Part shown: one piece after another, positions 37,601 to 52,600 of the stretch
Layout: every line of letters begins with the position of its first letter
Position numbering within the stretch: position 1 is the stretch's first letter
Assembly: GCA_950097015.1 (NCBI GenBank)
Contig: CATNEN010000024.1
Location: 682,001 to 746,000 of the forward strand
Length of the DNA stretch: 64,000 nt
Reading direction: 5' to 3'
Source: Macrostomum hystrix
Lineage: Eukaryota > Animalia > Platyhelminthes
Notes under the pieces: generated by a model
What the model was told of the DNA's origin: nothing
Seen by the model: only the letters and a program-made list of their open reading frames with translations
Databases searched by the model: none
Program-made: the position numbers and the translations under genes

Positions 37601-40600
37601 CAGAATGGAAGGATAACTGCAGATGTCTACTGAACAGAATGGAAGGCTAACTGCAGATATCTTCTGAACAGAATGGAAGGCTAACTGTGGAAATCTATTG
37701 AACAGAATGGAAGGCTAACTGCGGATGTCTACTGAACAGAATGGAAGGCTAACTGTGGCAATCTACTGAACAGAATGGAAGGATAACTGCAGATATCTAC
37801 TGAACAGAATGGAAGGATAACTGCGGATGTCTACTGAACAGAATGGAAGGCTAACTGCGGATGTCTACTGAACAGAATGGAAGGATAACTGCGGATGTCT
37901 ACTGAACAGAATGGAAGGCTAACTGCGGATATCTTCTGAACAGAATGGAAGGCTAACTGCGGATATCTTCTGAACAGGGTGGAAGGATAACTGCGGATAT
38001 CTACTGAACAGGGTGGAAGGATAACTGCGGATATCTACTGAACAGAATGGAAGGAGAACCGTGGATATCTACTGAACAGAATGGAAGGATAACCGTGGAT
38101 ATATACTGAACAGGGTGGAAGGATAATTGCGGATGTCTACTGAACAGAATGGAAGGCTAACTGCGGATATCTACTGAACAGAATGGAAGGATAACTGCGG
38201 ATGTCTACTGAACAGAATGGAAGGCTAACTGCGGATATCTTCTGAACAGAATGGAAGGCTAACTGTGGAAATCTTCTGAACAGATGGAAGGCTAACTGCG
38301 GATATCTGCTGAACAGAATAGAAGGATAACTGTGGATATCTACCGAACAGAATGGAAGGCTAACTGCGGATATCTACTGAACAGGGTGGAAGGATAACTG
38401 CGGATATCTACTGAACAGGGTGGAAGGATAACTGTGGAAATCTACTGAACAGAATGGAAGGATAACTGTGGAAATCTACTGAAAAGGGTGGAAGGATAAC
38501 TGTGGAAATCTACTGAAAAGGGTGGAAGGATAACTGTGGAAATCTACTGAAAAGGGTGGAAGGATAACTGTGGAAATCTACTGAACAGAATGGAAGGATA
38601 ACTGTGGAAATCTACTGAAAAGGGTGGAAGGATAACTGTGGAAATCTACTGAACAGAATGGAAGGATAACTGTGGAAATCTACTGAACAGAATGGAAGGA
38701 TAACTGTGGAAATCTACTGAACAGAATGGAAGGATAACTGTGGAAATCTACTGAACAGAATGGAAGGATAACTGTGGAAATCTACTGAACAGAATGGAAG
38801 GCTAACTGCGGATATCTACTGAACAGAATGGAAGGAGAACCGTGGATATCTACTGAACAGGGTGGAAGGATAACTGCGGATATCTACTGAACAGAATGGA
38901 AGGAGAACCGTGGATATCTACTGAACAGAATGGAAGGATAACTGTGGAAATCTACTGAACAGAATGGAAGGATAACTGTGGAAATCTACTGAACAGAATG
39001 GAAGGATAACTGTGGATATCTACCGAACAGAATGGAAGGCTAACTGCGGATATCTACTGAACAGGGTGGAAGGATAACTGCGGATATCTACTGAACAGGG
39101 TGGAAGGATAACTGCGGATATCTACTGAACAGGGTGGAAGGCTAACTGCGGATATCTACTGAACAGGGTGGAAGGCTAACTGCGGATATCTACTGAACAG
39201 GGTGGAAGGATAACTGTGGAAATCTACTGAACAGAATGGAAGGATAACTGTGGAAATCTACTGAACAGAATGGAAGGATAACTGTGGAAATCTACTGAAC
39301 AGAATGGAAGGATAACTGTGGAAATCTACTGAACAGAATGGAAGGATAACTGCGGATATCTACTGAACAGAATGGAAGGATAACTGTGGAAATCTACTGA
39401 ACAGAATGGAAGGATTTTATGAAAGGGAAGCTTTACCATAAAGCTAATCTCCTTTGTGGCGTATTAATAAATGCTGAGAGCTGGCCTTTTTAGATTAATT
39501 AATCTACAAGCTAGAATCCTGCTGGCCCTATTATTTAAATGCTCATTATTCACACCTTCGTGCGTCTCAAAATCAACCGCGCATAATTAACGATCTTGAG
39601 ATGAGATGAATGCTTGATTTTTTTGTTTGACCTTCAATAGCGTTTCTAAATTCAGTGCATATTTTACTCGTTTCGCTACTGAAAGTAGTGGTAAAAAGAG
39701 TTTTGATAGTTTTAGAAAAAATTTGAACGTCTCTTTCTTAGTGGGATTATTTATTAAAAAGAAATGATAACCAGAATATCCATATTCTAGATTTAGAAGT
39801 CCCATTTGTTAGTAATATAACACATTGTCCATCATTATTTAGAACAGTGTGACTCAGAAGCAATCTCTCTAGAATAAACTGATTCGACAATTTATTTCCC
39901 GACATAATTTTATGCAAATTTTCTCGGCCAGCATGAGTCACACGCGGCTTTTTTAGTCGAGTTTTAAACTGTAGGAAATTGAGGCTATGTGAATAGCGTG
40001 GCTGTTAGCACACTCAGTCATTGAATCATTGACTGTGGCATTCGTGCACCCGATTCAATTCATCAGTTTATATAGACTTCCGGCCTTGTCATTTCCCTTC
40101 CCTTCTATTCAATATTATTTAACACCGGCTTGCTTTTAGAAGCAATGCGAGCACTTTCTGTGTCTGGCGTGCAGCCTTGTGGTGGAAGAGCGTCGGACTC
40201 ACGTCTTGAAGTTTGGGGGTTCGATTCCTGGAACAGTTTGTGTCCCTTGGCAAGACAATTAACTCTTCCAGGCTTCAGTTCTTCCAGGTACCAGCATCAG
40301 CTGGGGTAATTTAGGGTGGGTGTGGCGTCCCCCAGTCCATGGACTGAACAGCCGCATGCAGCCTGCAGTTGCGTCGCGCAATAGCTGCGGCTGTGCTGTC
40401 GGCTGCACATCTGGCCCAATTATGGCAGGTGTAATCAATTACTATTGTTATTTATATTCAAATTTCTATAGCCACATGCTGTATATATTATACACTTTGA
40501 AGCAATCAACTAGCTTAAGGAAATTGTCGACGTTTTTATATTGTTTATCTCACCACAAAAGCTGATAATTTCAAGACAGTTTTCTCGACCAGCCAATGTC

Positions 40601-43600
40601 AGCGTACATTTGCATCTTTATGTGATCTTGGTGCCTATAGAAGTTTATAGGTAGATTGGTAGTTTATAGGTAGATAGGTAGTTAATAGGCAGATTGGTAG
40701 CTTATAGGTAGATTAGTAGTTTCTCGGTAGATTGTAGTTTATGGGTAAATTGGTAGTTTATGGATAGATTAGTAGGTTATAGGTAGATAAGTAGATTATT
40801 GGTAGATTTGCAGTTTATAGGTAGATCGGTAGTTTATCGGTAGATTTTAGTTTATAGGTAGATTGGTAGTTTATGAGTAGATTGGTAGTTGATGGGTAGA
40901 TTGGTAGTTTATAGGCAGATAGGTAGTTTATGGGTAGATTGGTAGTTTATGGGTAGATTGGTAGTTTATAGGCAGATAGGTAGTTTATAGGTAGATTGGT
41001 AGTTTATAGGCAGATAGGTAGTTTATGGGTAGATTGGTAGTTTATAGGCAGATAGGTATTTTATAGGTAGATTGGTAGTTTATAGGCAGATAGGTAGTTT
41101 ATGGGTAGATTGGTAGTTTATAGGCAGATAGGTAGTTTATAGGTAGATTGGTAGTTTATAGGCAGATAGGTAGTTTATAGGTAGATTGGTAGTTTATAGG
41201 CAGATAGGTAGTTTATAGGTAGATTGGTAGTTTATAGGCAGATAGGTAGTTTATAGGTAGATTGGTAGTTTATAGGCAGATAGGTAGTTTATAGGTAGAT
41301 TGGTAGTTTATAGGCAGATAGGTAGTTTATGGGTAGATTGGTACGCTCGTAGTTTGAAGGTAGATTATAATTTTTTAGACAGATTGGTAGTTAAAAGGTA
41401 GATTGGTAGCTTTCAGATAGACTATTAGATTTTTAGGTAGATTGGTGTTATTTCGAAAAAAACGGTTGCTTTTTTTCAGAAAGAGATAATAAATTGGCGT
41501 CATTATTGAACTATTCATCCATGGATATTGCATGCTTTGAATTTTCGATGTATAGTTTGACGCATCCGAAATGTCAGACAAAGATGCTACCACCGCCCAG
41601 CCCTATATCACAATCGGGCTAATCTATTCTGCTTGGCTTCCAAATGCATAAACAAAGCATCAAGTTTGTTCATTGGACATTGTTCCGGTTCTTCCTAACA
41701 AATCTAGATTTTATATGTTGTTGACGACGCTTAACTAGCCGCACACTTGGAGGCACAGCTAATAGTACATTTGCCGTGTTTATTGTTGCCTTCTGGTCAG
41801 AACAACCGACTCTGGTCCCTAAGTGGTTATTGGACGTATTAATCAAGGCCAGGTGTAAAAATAATCCCATAATCCCATAGCCGGCTATGTTCTGGCATAC
41901 AAGTTTCCCAGATACAATGAAAGTACCTGTAGATGGCACAGGGATCAGTGAAAGTCACACCAGGGTATAAGAGAAGAATCTCATTAGAATCACACTAGAA
42001 TCACACTAGAATTAAACTACAATAACACTAGAATTCCGCTAGAATCACACTAGTATCACACTAGAATTAAACTACAATCTCACTAGAATCACACTAAAAT
42101 TTAACTACAATCTCACTAGAATCACACTTTTGAATCACACTTGAATCAGACTAGAATCACACTAGAAGCACACTAGAAATACAAGAAAATCGCGCTAGAA
42201 TCACATTAGAATCATAATAGAATCACACTAGAATCACACTAGAGTCACTCTATAATCACAATAGAACTAAACTACAATCACACTAGAATCACACTAGAAT
42301 CATACTAGAATCACACTAGAATCACACTAGAATCATACTAGAATCACACTAGAATCACACTAGAATTACACTAGAATCCCGCTAGAATCACACTAGAATC
42401 ACACTAGAATCACACTAGAATCACACTAGAATCACACTAGAATCTCACTAGAATCATATTAGAATCACACTAGAATCACGCTAGAATCACACTAGAATCA
42501 CACTAGAATCACACTAGAATCACACTAGAATCATACTAGAATCATACTAGAATCACACTAGAATCATACTAGAATCACACTAGAATCACACTAGAATCAC
42601 ACTAGAATCACACTAGAATCACACTAGAATCATACTAGAATCACACTAGAATCACACTAGAATCACACTAGAATCATACTAGAATCACACTAGAATCATA
42701 CTAGAATCACACTAGAATCATACTAGAATCACACTAGAATCACACTAGAATCATACTAGAATCACACTAGAATCACACTAGAATCACACTAGAATCACAC
42801 TAGAATCACACTAGAATTATGCAAAAGGGGCATTGAATCTGATCGCATTTTAAATTCCGTTTGTAAATCTCATAAAAAGTGAGCATTTTTGTAATTCCAG
42901 ACGAGAATAGGCTTGCAAAATGAAATACTAAACACATTTTTATGGAGACAATTCGATATTTTTCGAATGGACCAAGTATTTTTTCCTCGCAAAATGGCTT
43001 AGCAGGACACAAAGTAGGCCATTTGCCTTGCTAGATATTACAAATGTACAGTTAAGAGACACGAGTGAAAATTAGCAAACTAGGGAAGGCTGTTTCATGT
43101 CACGGACGGAACACTGCGATTAACCCCAGTACATAAAGTCTTTCAAAGATTTTCAATTTCTCCCACTTCAGTTTGTGTCCCAGTTTTAATGCTGTGCACT
43201 TTTCATTTCAAATGATTAACAGCGATCTACTTGATTTAAGGAATTAATAGAGTGAATTTAAAACTTAATGAAGTTAGAAGAGAACCAGGGATTTTTAGAG
43301 AAGGAGAAAAAAATTAAGAGGGAAAATGGAGAGATAAGAGAGAAGGGAAGAAATGAAGAAATGGAGAGAGTGGAGGGAAGAAATGGAGAGAGAGGAGGGA
43401 AGAAATGGAGACAGAGGGGAGGAAAAAATAAAGAGAGAGAAGAAATGGTCGAGAAGGAAGAAATGGGGAGAACGGGGGGAGAAATGGGAAGGTAAGATGG
43501 ATAATAGAAGTGGTGGGGTTTGAAATGGACCGAGAGGGAAAATTAAGAGAGATCAATGAGAAATAGTAGGGAAGCAATAGGAGAGGGGGGAGAAATAGTA

Positions 43601-46600
43601 GGGAAGCAATAGGAGAGGGGGGAGAAATAGTAGGGAAGCAATAGGAGAGGGGGGAGAAATAGTAGGGAAGCAATAGGAGAGGGGGGAGAAATAGTAGGGA
43701 AGCAATAGGAGAGGGGGGAGAAATAGTAGGGAAGCAATAGGAGAGGGGGGAGAAATAGTAGGGAAGCAATAGGAGAGGGGGGAGAAATAGTAGGGAAGCA
43801 ATAGGAGAGGGGGGAGAAATAGTAGGGAAGCAATAGGAGAGGGGGGAGAAATGGGGAGAGAGAGGAACTCAAGGACTCACCAACTGAGGAGTCGAGCACG
43901 AGCAGCTGCGTCAGTCGCTGGCCGCTGCCAGCGGCACTGCTGGCCAGGCACTGGTACAGGCCGGAGTCGGCCGCCACCAGACCGCGAAGCCGCAGCTCCG
44001 GCCCTGCCAGTCGGACGAACGGCGGCTTCTGCGCCATCGGCTGGCCGTTTTTCAGCCAGGTGACACTCGGCTGCGGATTGCCTGCGTTGATGCGAGAGGG
44101 CTTGTCAGTAACACCTCCCAGTTCCTCAGCGACACCTCCCAGTTCCTCAGCGACACCTCCCAGTTCCTCAGTCACACCTCCCAGTTCTTCAGTCACACCT
44201 CCCAGTTCCTCAGTCACACCTCCCAGTTCCTCAGTCACACCTCCCAGTTCCTCAGTCACACCTCCCAGTTCCTCAGCGACACCTCCCAGTTCCTCAGTCA
44301 CACCTCCCAGTTCCTCAGTCACACCTCCCAGTTCCTCAGTCACACCTCCCAGTTCCTCAGTCACACCTCCCAGTTCCTCAGTCACACCTCCCAGTTCCTC
44401 AGTCACACCTCCCAGTTCCTCAGTCACACCTCCCAGTTCCTCAGTCACACCTCCCAGTTCTTCAGCGACACCTCCCAGTTCCTCAGTCACACCTCCCAGT
44501 TCCTCAGTCACACCTCCTAGTTCCTAAGTCATACCTTAAGTTAATTAATAGCCAGCCCTTATCACACGTCCAGTTCATTAATAGCCAGTCCATATCACAC
44601 CTCCAGTTCATTAATAGCCAGACCATATCACACCTCCAGTTCATTAATAGCCAGTCCATATCACACCTCCAGTTCATTAATAGCCAGTCCATATCACACC
44701 TCCAGTTCATTAATAGCCAGTCCATATCACACCTCCAGTTCATTAATAGCCAGACCATATCACACCTCCAGTTCATTAATAGCCAGTCCATATCACACCT
44801 CCAGTTCATTAATAGCCAGTCCATATCACACCTCCAGTTCATTAATAGCCAGTCCATATCACACCTCCAGTTCATTAATAGCCAGTCCATATCACACCTC
44901 CAGTTCATTAATAGCCAGTCCATATCACACCTCCAGTTCATTAATAGCCAGTCCATATCACACCTCCAGTTCATTAATAGCCAGTCCATATCACACCTCC
45001 AGTTCATTAATAGCCAGTCCATATCACACCTCCAGTTCATTAATAGCCAGTCCATATCACACCTCCAGTTCATTAATAGCCAGACCATATCACACCTCCA
45101 GTTCATTAATAGCCAGTCCATATCACACCTCCAGTTCATTAATAGCCAGTCCATATCACACCTCCAGTTCATTAATAGCCAGTCCATATCACACCTCCAG
45201 TTCATTAATAGCCAGTCCATATCACACCTCCAGTTCATTAATAGCCAGTCCATATCACACCTCCAGTTCATTAATAGCCAGACCATATCACACCTCCAGT
45301 TCATTAATAGCCAGTCCATATCACACCTCCAGTTCATTAATAGCCAGTCCATATCACACCTCCAGTTCATTAATAGCCAGTCCATATCACACCTCCAGTT
45401 CATTAATAGCCAGTCCATATCACACCTCCAGTTCATTAATAGCCAGTCCATATCACACCTCCAGTTCATTAATAGCCAGTCCATATCACACCTCCAGTTC
45501 ATTAATAGCCAGTCCATATCACACCTCCAGTTCATTAATAGCCAGTCCATATCACACCTCCAGTTCATTAATAGCCAGTCCATATCACACCTCCAGTTCA
45601 TTAATAGCCAGTCCATATCACACCTCCAGTTCATTAATAGCCAGACCATATCACACCTCCAGTTCATTAATAGCCAGTCCATATCACACCTCCAGTTCAT
45701 TAATAGCCAGTCCATATCACACCTCCAGTTCATTAATAGCCAGTCCATATCACACCTCCAGTTCATTAATAGCCAGTCCATATCACACCTCCAGTTCATT
45801 AATAGCCAGTCCATATCACACCTCCAGTTCATTAATAGCCAGTCCATATCACACCTCCAGTTCATTAATAGCCAGTCCATATCACACCTCCAGTTCATTA
45901 ATAGCCAGTCCATATCACACCTCCAGTTCATTAATAGCCAGTCCATATCACACCTCCAGTTCATCAATAGCCAGTCCATATCACACCTCCAGTTCATTAA
46001 TAGCCAGTCCATATCACACCTCCAGTTCATCAATAGCTAGTTCCTCAGAAAGTGACCTCTCAGCGGTTCTAAAACAAAGAATAATTTCTTGGCTCCAAAA
46101 AAGAAGATTCTGAAACTCTCTAATCAGTGGACAAAATCCTTGACGTTTAGTTCATTCTGTACAGTATCGAATGTCCAGCAATGAGATAATTACATTCCGC
46201 AATAGGTTGCTATCTGAGGCTCTGTGACCCGGACAGTTGAGGAGGTCATGACCGGGTTTCTGTTTTCCCATAGCGAAGAAAAAAGGATTGCCTCCTAGGC
46301 TTATTCAGTCATTTTTATCCCCTTCTGATCCTCTCCGCATTAATCGAATCCCACAGAGAGCTTGCCAAGTCACGATTGTCGCCACTACCCGCCTTTTCCG
46401 TAAATAATATTCCCCTTGATTTTTTTATTCCACAATTTTCTTCCCAAACGGTTCTGGACTTTCCCGGCGAGGCCGAAAGGGGAGATTCTCTGTTGCCTAT
46501 AGTGCCGCGCGATTCCCAGTTAATATTAATAATCTCTGGCCGCCTCTCTGAGCAGCACCGAACGGTAACAGACTCGGCTTCTCAAACTAGCCGGCACCTC

Positions 46601-49600
46601 TGCCACCCCCCCCTGACAGCGAGTGTTTGCCATCGAGCCAGTTTCTGCCACCATCTCATATTCTCATAGCACATATATAATTCTATACATACGTAGCTGC
46701 GCACACATTTGCAATATGGCTAACTAGGACTACCACTTAATGTCAGCAATGCAACCGCATCTGTAGCAGCAGCAACAGAAGGTTTTAGCTGTTCATTATT
46801 CGGCTCATCCGCCCCCAGGTCTGCAGAAACTGGCTTATCCGATTCCCAAATGAGCGGGCTAGCATGATGTTTGCCTTTATTCTTATGAGTGCATTCTTAT
46901 GAGTGCATTCGGGTATGAGAATTGGCTGTGCACTTTGCCGTAGATTTGGCAACTGATCGGTAAAATTATAGTCTGCCAACTGTCAATTATTAACAGAGTG
47001 AAATGCTAACCTGCTGCTTCATCTGGCTGTCACGAAAATACATTGGATGACAGTGGACTGAGAATGAACAGAGAGTGAACAGAGAGTGAACAGAGAGTGA
47101 ACAGAGAGTGAACAGAGATTGAACAGAGATGAACAGAGAATGAACAGAGAATGAACAGAGAGTGAACAGAGAGTGAACAGAGAGTGAACAGAGAGTGAAC
47201 AGAGATTAACAGAGAATGAACAGAGACTGAACAGAGATGAACAGAGAATGAACAGAGAATGAACAGAGATTGAACAGAGATGAACAGAGAATGAACAGAG
47301 AATGAACAGAGAGTGAACAGAGAGTGAACAGAGAGTGAACAGAGAGTGAACAGAGAGTGAACAGAGAGTGAACAGAGAGTGAACAGAGAGTGAACACAGA
47401 GTGAACACAGAGTGAACACAGAGTGAACACAGAGTGAACAGAGAGCGAATAGAAAGTGAACAGAGAGTGAACAGAGAGTGAACAGAGAGTGAACAGCGAG
47501 TGAACAGAGAGTGAACAGAGAGTGAACAGAGAGTGAACAGAGAGTGAACAGCTTTACTTCTAACCCTTTGTCTGGCACCGCAGCGTGGCAGCTCCGCCAG
47601 CGAATGTGGTCACGGCGGCAGCATCCGGGTCGTCGCCGACAAACTGCGGCGCGGCCAGCACCGTCAGCTCAGCCTGGGTGTAGATCTCGCGTGATTCGCC
47701 GCCTCTGGCTCTGCAGACGTAGCCGCCTGAGTCGGACACCAGCAGATTGGAGAAGTGAAGCGAGCCCTGGCCCAACTGGCGCACTCGGGAGCTGGCGAAT
47801 GGGAGTTATAGGGAAGGATTCGAACTCGTGACAAAAATTTCGTGGCTTTACAAAAATAAAAATAATTCATTTTCTCCCCGTCTGTTTTCTTTTTAGAAAA
47901 TGACTGACAGGTTGTGTAAAGCTTTTACAGGTCGGTTGCTGAGAGAAGAGAGAGAATAAGATAAACAGAAGAGATGATGAGATAGACAGGAAAGGGGGTG
48001 AGATAAACAGGAAAGGGGAGGAGATAAACAGGAGAGAGGATGAGATAAACAGGAGAGGGGATGAGATAAACAGGAGAGAGGATGAGATAAACAGGAGAAG
48101 GATGAGATAAACAGGAGAAAGGATGAGATAAACAGGAGAGGGGATGAGATAAACAGGAGAAAGGATGAGATAAACAGGAGAGCGGATGAGATAAACAGGA
48201 AAGGGGAGGAGATAAACAGGAGAGAGGATAAGATAAACAGGAAAGGCGATGAGATAATCAGAAGAGAGGATGAGATAGACAGGAGAAAGGATGAGATAAA
48301 CAGGAGAGGGGATGAGATAAACAGGAAAGGGGAGTAGATAAGCAGGAGAGAGGATGAGATAAACAGGAGAGGGATGAGATAAACAGGAGAAAGGATGAGA
48401 TAAACAGGAGAAAGGATGAGATAAACAGGAGAAAGGATGAGATAAACAGGAAAGGCGATGAGATAATCAGAAGAGAGGATGAGATAGACAGGAGAAAGGA
48501 TGAGATAAACAGGAAAGGGGAGGAGATAAACAGGAAAGGGGAGGAGATAAACAGGAGAGAGGATGAGATAAACAGGAGAGGGGATGAGATAAACGGGGCA
48601 GAAGGTAAGAAAAATAGGAGAGGGGACAAGAAAAAATGAAAGTCAACCGAAATGCAGTAAAGAATCAACCATGTAAGATTATTGATTCCTATTTTATCTG
48701 CAACACATAAAAGCTACCTTCAGCGGTCGATCCGCCGCCTGCCCTTTATCGGCGGGGATCAAAACACAAACAGAGCCATCGCCGAATCGCAAATCACAAA
48801 AATCTGCCAAGTTCCCCTTGAAAGCTGGCTATATTCCGTCTCCCAGCGGAGTTTATTGTTAGCTTGTTAGCGCTGTAAAACTTCTGTCCGCAACATTGGT
48901 TCGGTTCGTATTGTCAACTGTAGCTAGTTAAACTTGCCAGTAATGCCAAGTATTTGACGGGAGGGGTATACGAGTCACCTGGAAATTATTTCGCCAGGAG
49001 CGACGAGGCAATTCTTCCGATTTCGCTAACTCCTGCGGCACACAAGCACACAGATACTGTTCGCATGGCACACGCTGACACAGGGGATGTGTACATCTGC
49101 CTTGACTTTCTCATTGTCAGGCAGTGTGCACTCTCTGACGCGTTAACTGCTCTGTCCAACGCGTTTGCCTTTCCGCACCAAGGTCCCTGAGCTCGATTCC
49201 GCGGCGAGGCCACATTCATTTGAGGCGCAGCAGCGGAGAGAAGGCTTGGGGGGCTTGTCGTGCAATTTAATTCCAAAGCACAGTGAGAGTGTACACTGCC
49301 TGACAATGAGAAATTCAGGGCAGGTGTACACACCAGCTGTGTGAGTGCGTGCTCAGAAGTCAGATTGGTTAAGTAGAACCTAAATAGAATGAAAAAACAG
49401 CGGCCCTCAACTAACGGAAGAAGATCATTTTAAAAATCAACACAGCACCGAGAATTGAGGCAAGTAGTAATTTTTGCAGCAGTAAAGCCAATACTTAATA
49501 AGCGATAACTGCTGTCCGGTCTTGTGGAGAGCCTCAATTTCCTGACCATTTCTTGTGAAAGCACACACAACACGCACACACGGGTCACCCAGTCATTGGG

Positions 49601-52600
49601 GGAGGAGAAATGAGGATCTCAGATTTCTACAAACCTCCGGTATGAAGCCACTTACTTCTTATCCAAAACTCTGCAACGAAAATTGCTTCCGCAGCTAGAC
49701 CTTGGAGTGAGGAGGTGAATACAGAGTGCTGATTTAAGCACCAGTTACGAGTATTGTACTTGTACTTCTGTGACTTGTACGCTCGCTCCGATTATTTTTA
49801 TCGTTGTCTTTATTGTGTACATTCCCTAAACTACACAAACATACCCTAAATCGCCCATTCCCTAAATTGTACGAGCATTAAGCTGCACATTCCCTCAGCT
49901 GCACATTCCCTCAGCTGCACATTCCCTCAGCTGCACATTCCCTCAGCTGCACATTCCCTCAGCTGCACATTACCCTCAGCTGCACATACCCTTAGATACA
50001 CATTCTCCTCAGCTTTACATCCCCTCAGCTGCACATTCCCTCAGCTACACATTCCTTAGCTTCACATTCCCCTCAGCTACACATTCCTTAGCTTCACATT
50101 CCCCTCAGCTACACATTCCCCTCAGCTACACATTCCCCTCAGCTACACATTCCCCTCAGCTACACATTCCCCTCAGCTTTACATCCCCTCAGCTGTACAT
50201 TCCCTTAGCTACACATTCCTTAGCTACACATTCCCCTCAGCTACACATTCCCCTCAGCTACACATTCCCCTCAGCTACACATTCCCCTCAGCTACACATT
50301 CCCCTCAGCTACACATTCCCCTCAGCTACACATTCCCCTCAGCTACACATTCCCCTCAGCTACACATTCCCCTCAGCTTTACATCCCCTCAGCTGCACAT
50401 TCCCTTAGCTACACATTCCTTAGCTACACATTCCCCTCAGCTACACATTCCCCTCAGCTACACATTCCCCTCAGCTACACATTCCCTGAGCTGCACATTC
50501 CACTCAGCTACACATTCCTTAGCTACACATTCCCTCAGCTGCACATTCCACTCAGCTACACATTCCCTCAGCTGCACATTTCTTAAGCTGCACATTCCCT
50601 AAATTGTCGTCAGTTTCATATCCCCTCTGCATTTCAGGGTTGGGAATGTATTGCAGGGAAAGTAGGGAAAGTGCAATTAAAGGGGCAGTGAAAGCGACCC
50701 ATCACTGAACACGGGGCTTAATAATAGCACAGCTCGGCTATAAACATGTCATTTTGAGATGCCATTTCATAGCTGCCTGCAGTACAAAAGCAAACAGAGA
50801 GACAGAAAGAGAGAGAATGCATAGGAAATATAATTAAAAAGACAGTTCTGTCTGGGCGCCCGCTGTCTCAAGCTTGGCAAACAGAAGTCCCACTTACTGC
50901 ATAGAGGACAACGAGTCGAGAGATTACAGGAACATATAAGTTTGAGTGCAAATATAGCCTTCTATTTAAGCGGTTGAGCAGCTAATCGCTAATCTGCTCC
51001 GAAGTAACCCCGTTTGACCAGTCTGTCATGGCGTCGCTGAACGAAAAAATTCAGGAAACTATAAATTGAAGTACATTTAGATTACATTTATATTCAGATT
51101 AGTAATCAAAAACCTATAAATTATATTTATGGATGATCATGTCGTATTACAGACTTTGGTAAAACTGAATTACAGACTTTGGTAAAACTGTATAACAGAC
51201 TATAGAAAACCTGAATTACAGACTATAGTAAACCTGTATTACAGACTATAGTAAACCTGCATTACAGACTATAGTAAACCTGCATTACAGACTATAGTAA
51301 ACCTGCATTACAGACTATAGTAAACCTGTATTACAGACTATAGTAAACCTGCATTACAGACTATAGTAAACCTGTATTACAGACTATAGTAAACCTGTAT
51401 TACAGACTATAGTAAACCTGTATTACAGACTATAGTAAACCTGCATTACAGACTATAGTAAACCTGCATTACAGACTATAGTAAACCTGTATTACAGACT
51501 ATAGTAAACCTGTATTACAGACTATAGTAAACCTGTATTACAGACTATAGTAAACCTGTATTACAGACTATAGTAAACCTGTATTACAGACTATAGTAAA
51601 CCTGTATCACAGACTATAGTAAACCTGTATTACAGACTATAGTAAACCTGAATTACAGACTAAATTAAACCCGCGAATTACAGACTATGGTAAACAGGTT
51701 TTACAGACTATGGTACATTACAGACACTTACAGACTTATTACAAAAAACTCGTCATACACACTCAAAATTTTCCACCTCAGCTAATACTGCTACCTATTT
51801 TTCAGCTAGGTGTCTTGCCAGGATTCGAACTCTGGACTGATTTGTGAAACTACAAGTATTTCAGCTCACCCTGTCCGCAGAGCGGTGCTGCCCCGCAACC
51901 AGTCGATCCGCACGAAGCCGGATGCGTCGTTAGCCGCGCAGACTAGCGTCAGCGACTCGCCGACGCGGCCAGACAGTCGAGCCGGCGGTGAGGCTTCAAA
52001 CCAAAGCGGCGGCTTTAATCGACTAGTTAGCAGCGGTGTTAGGGCGGCCAGTCTGGAGCGAACGAACCCCCGACCGCCTGGCACCGGGGCGGCGCAACTG
52101 TAGAGGCCGTAGGCTCGCTCCCAGTCGAGACCGGTTAGGCGAATCTCTAGCTGTTCACCTCGCCGGTGCAGGGTGAACAGCTGACCGGACAGACGGTCGG
52201 ACAGTCGGTAGGGCAGGTTGGACGGTGTCTCCGAGTAGTGCCATCTGGTTGGAGGGTTGGTTTTGAATAGAGAGACGTTCAAAACTAGCTTGTCGATTGG
52301 TGAATTTATGAGTAACAGGTGAGTTCATCATCAACTGGTAAATTCAGAATCAACAGGTAAATTCAGAATCAACAGGTAAATTCATAATCAACAGGTAAAT
52401 TCATTATCAACAGGTAAATCCATCATCGACAGGTAAATCCATCATCGACTGGTAAATTCAGAATCAACAGGTAAATCCATCATCGACAGGTAAATCCATC
52501 ATCAACTGGTAAATTCAGAATCAACAGGTAAATTCAGAATCAACAGGTAAATTCATTATCAACAGGGAAATTCAGAATCAATGCACCTCTTATCAACAGG

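Noticed and set aside
40168-40240. Bona fide tRNA gene
   Set aside because: Has A/B boxes but no convincing cloverleaf or acceptor stem, and continues into SINE-like body sequence
43543-46033. 322-aa ORF joining TEELGGV repeats to an Ig domain, and a 509-aa '[11 protein letters not shown]' ORF
   Set aside because: The true Ig exon is 43881-44081; the remainder is repeat read-through
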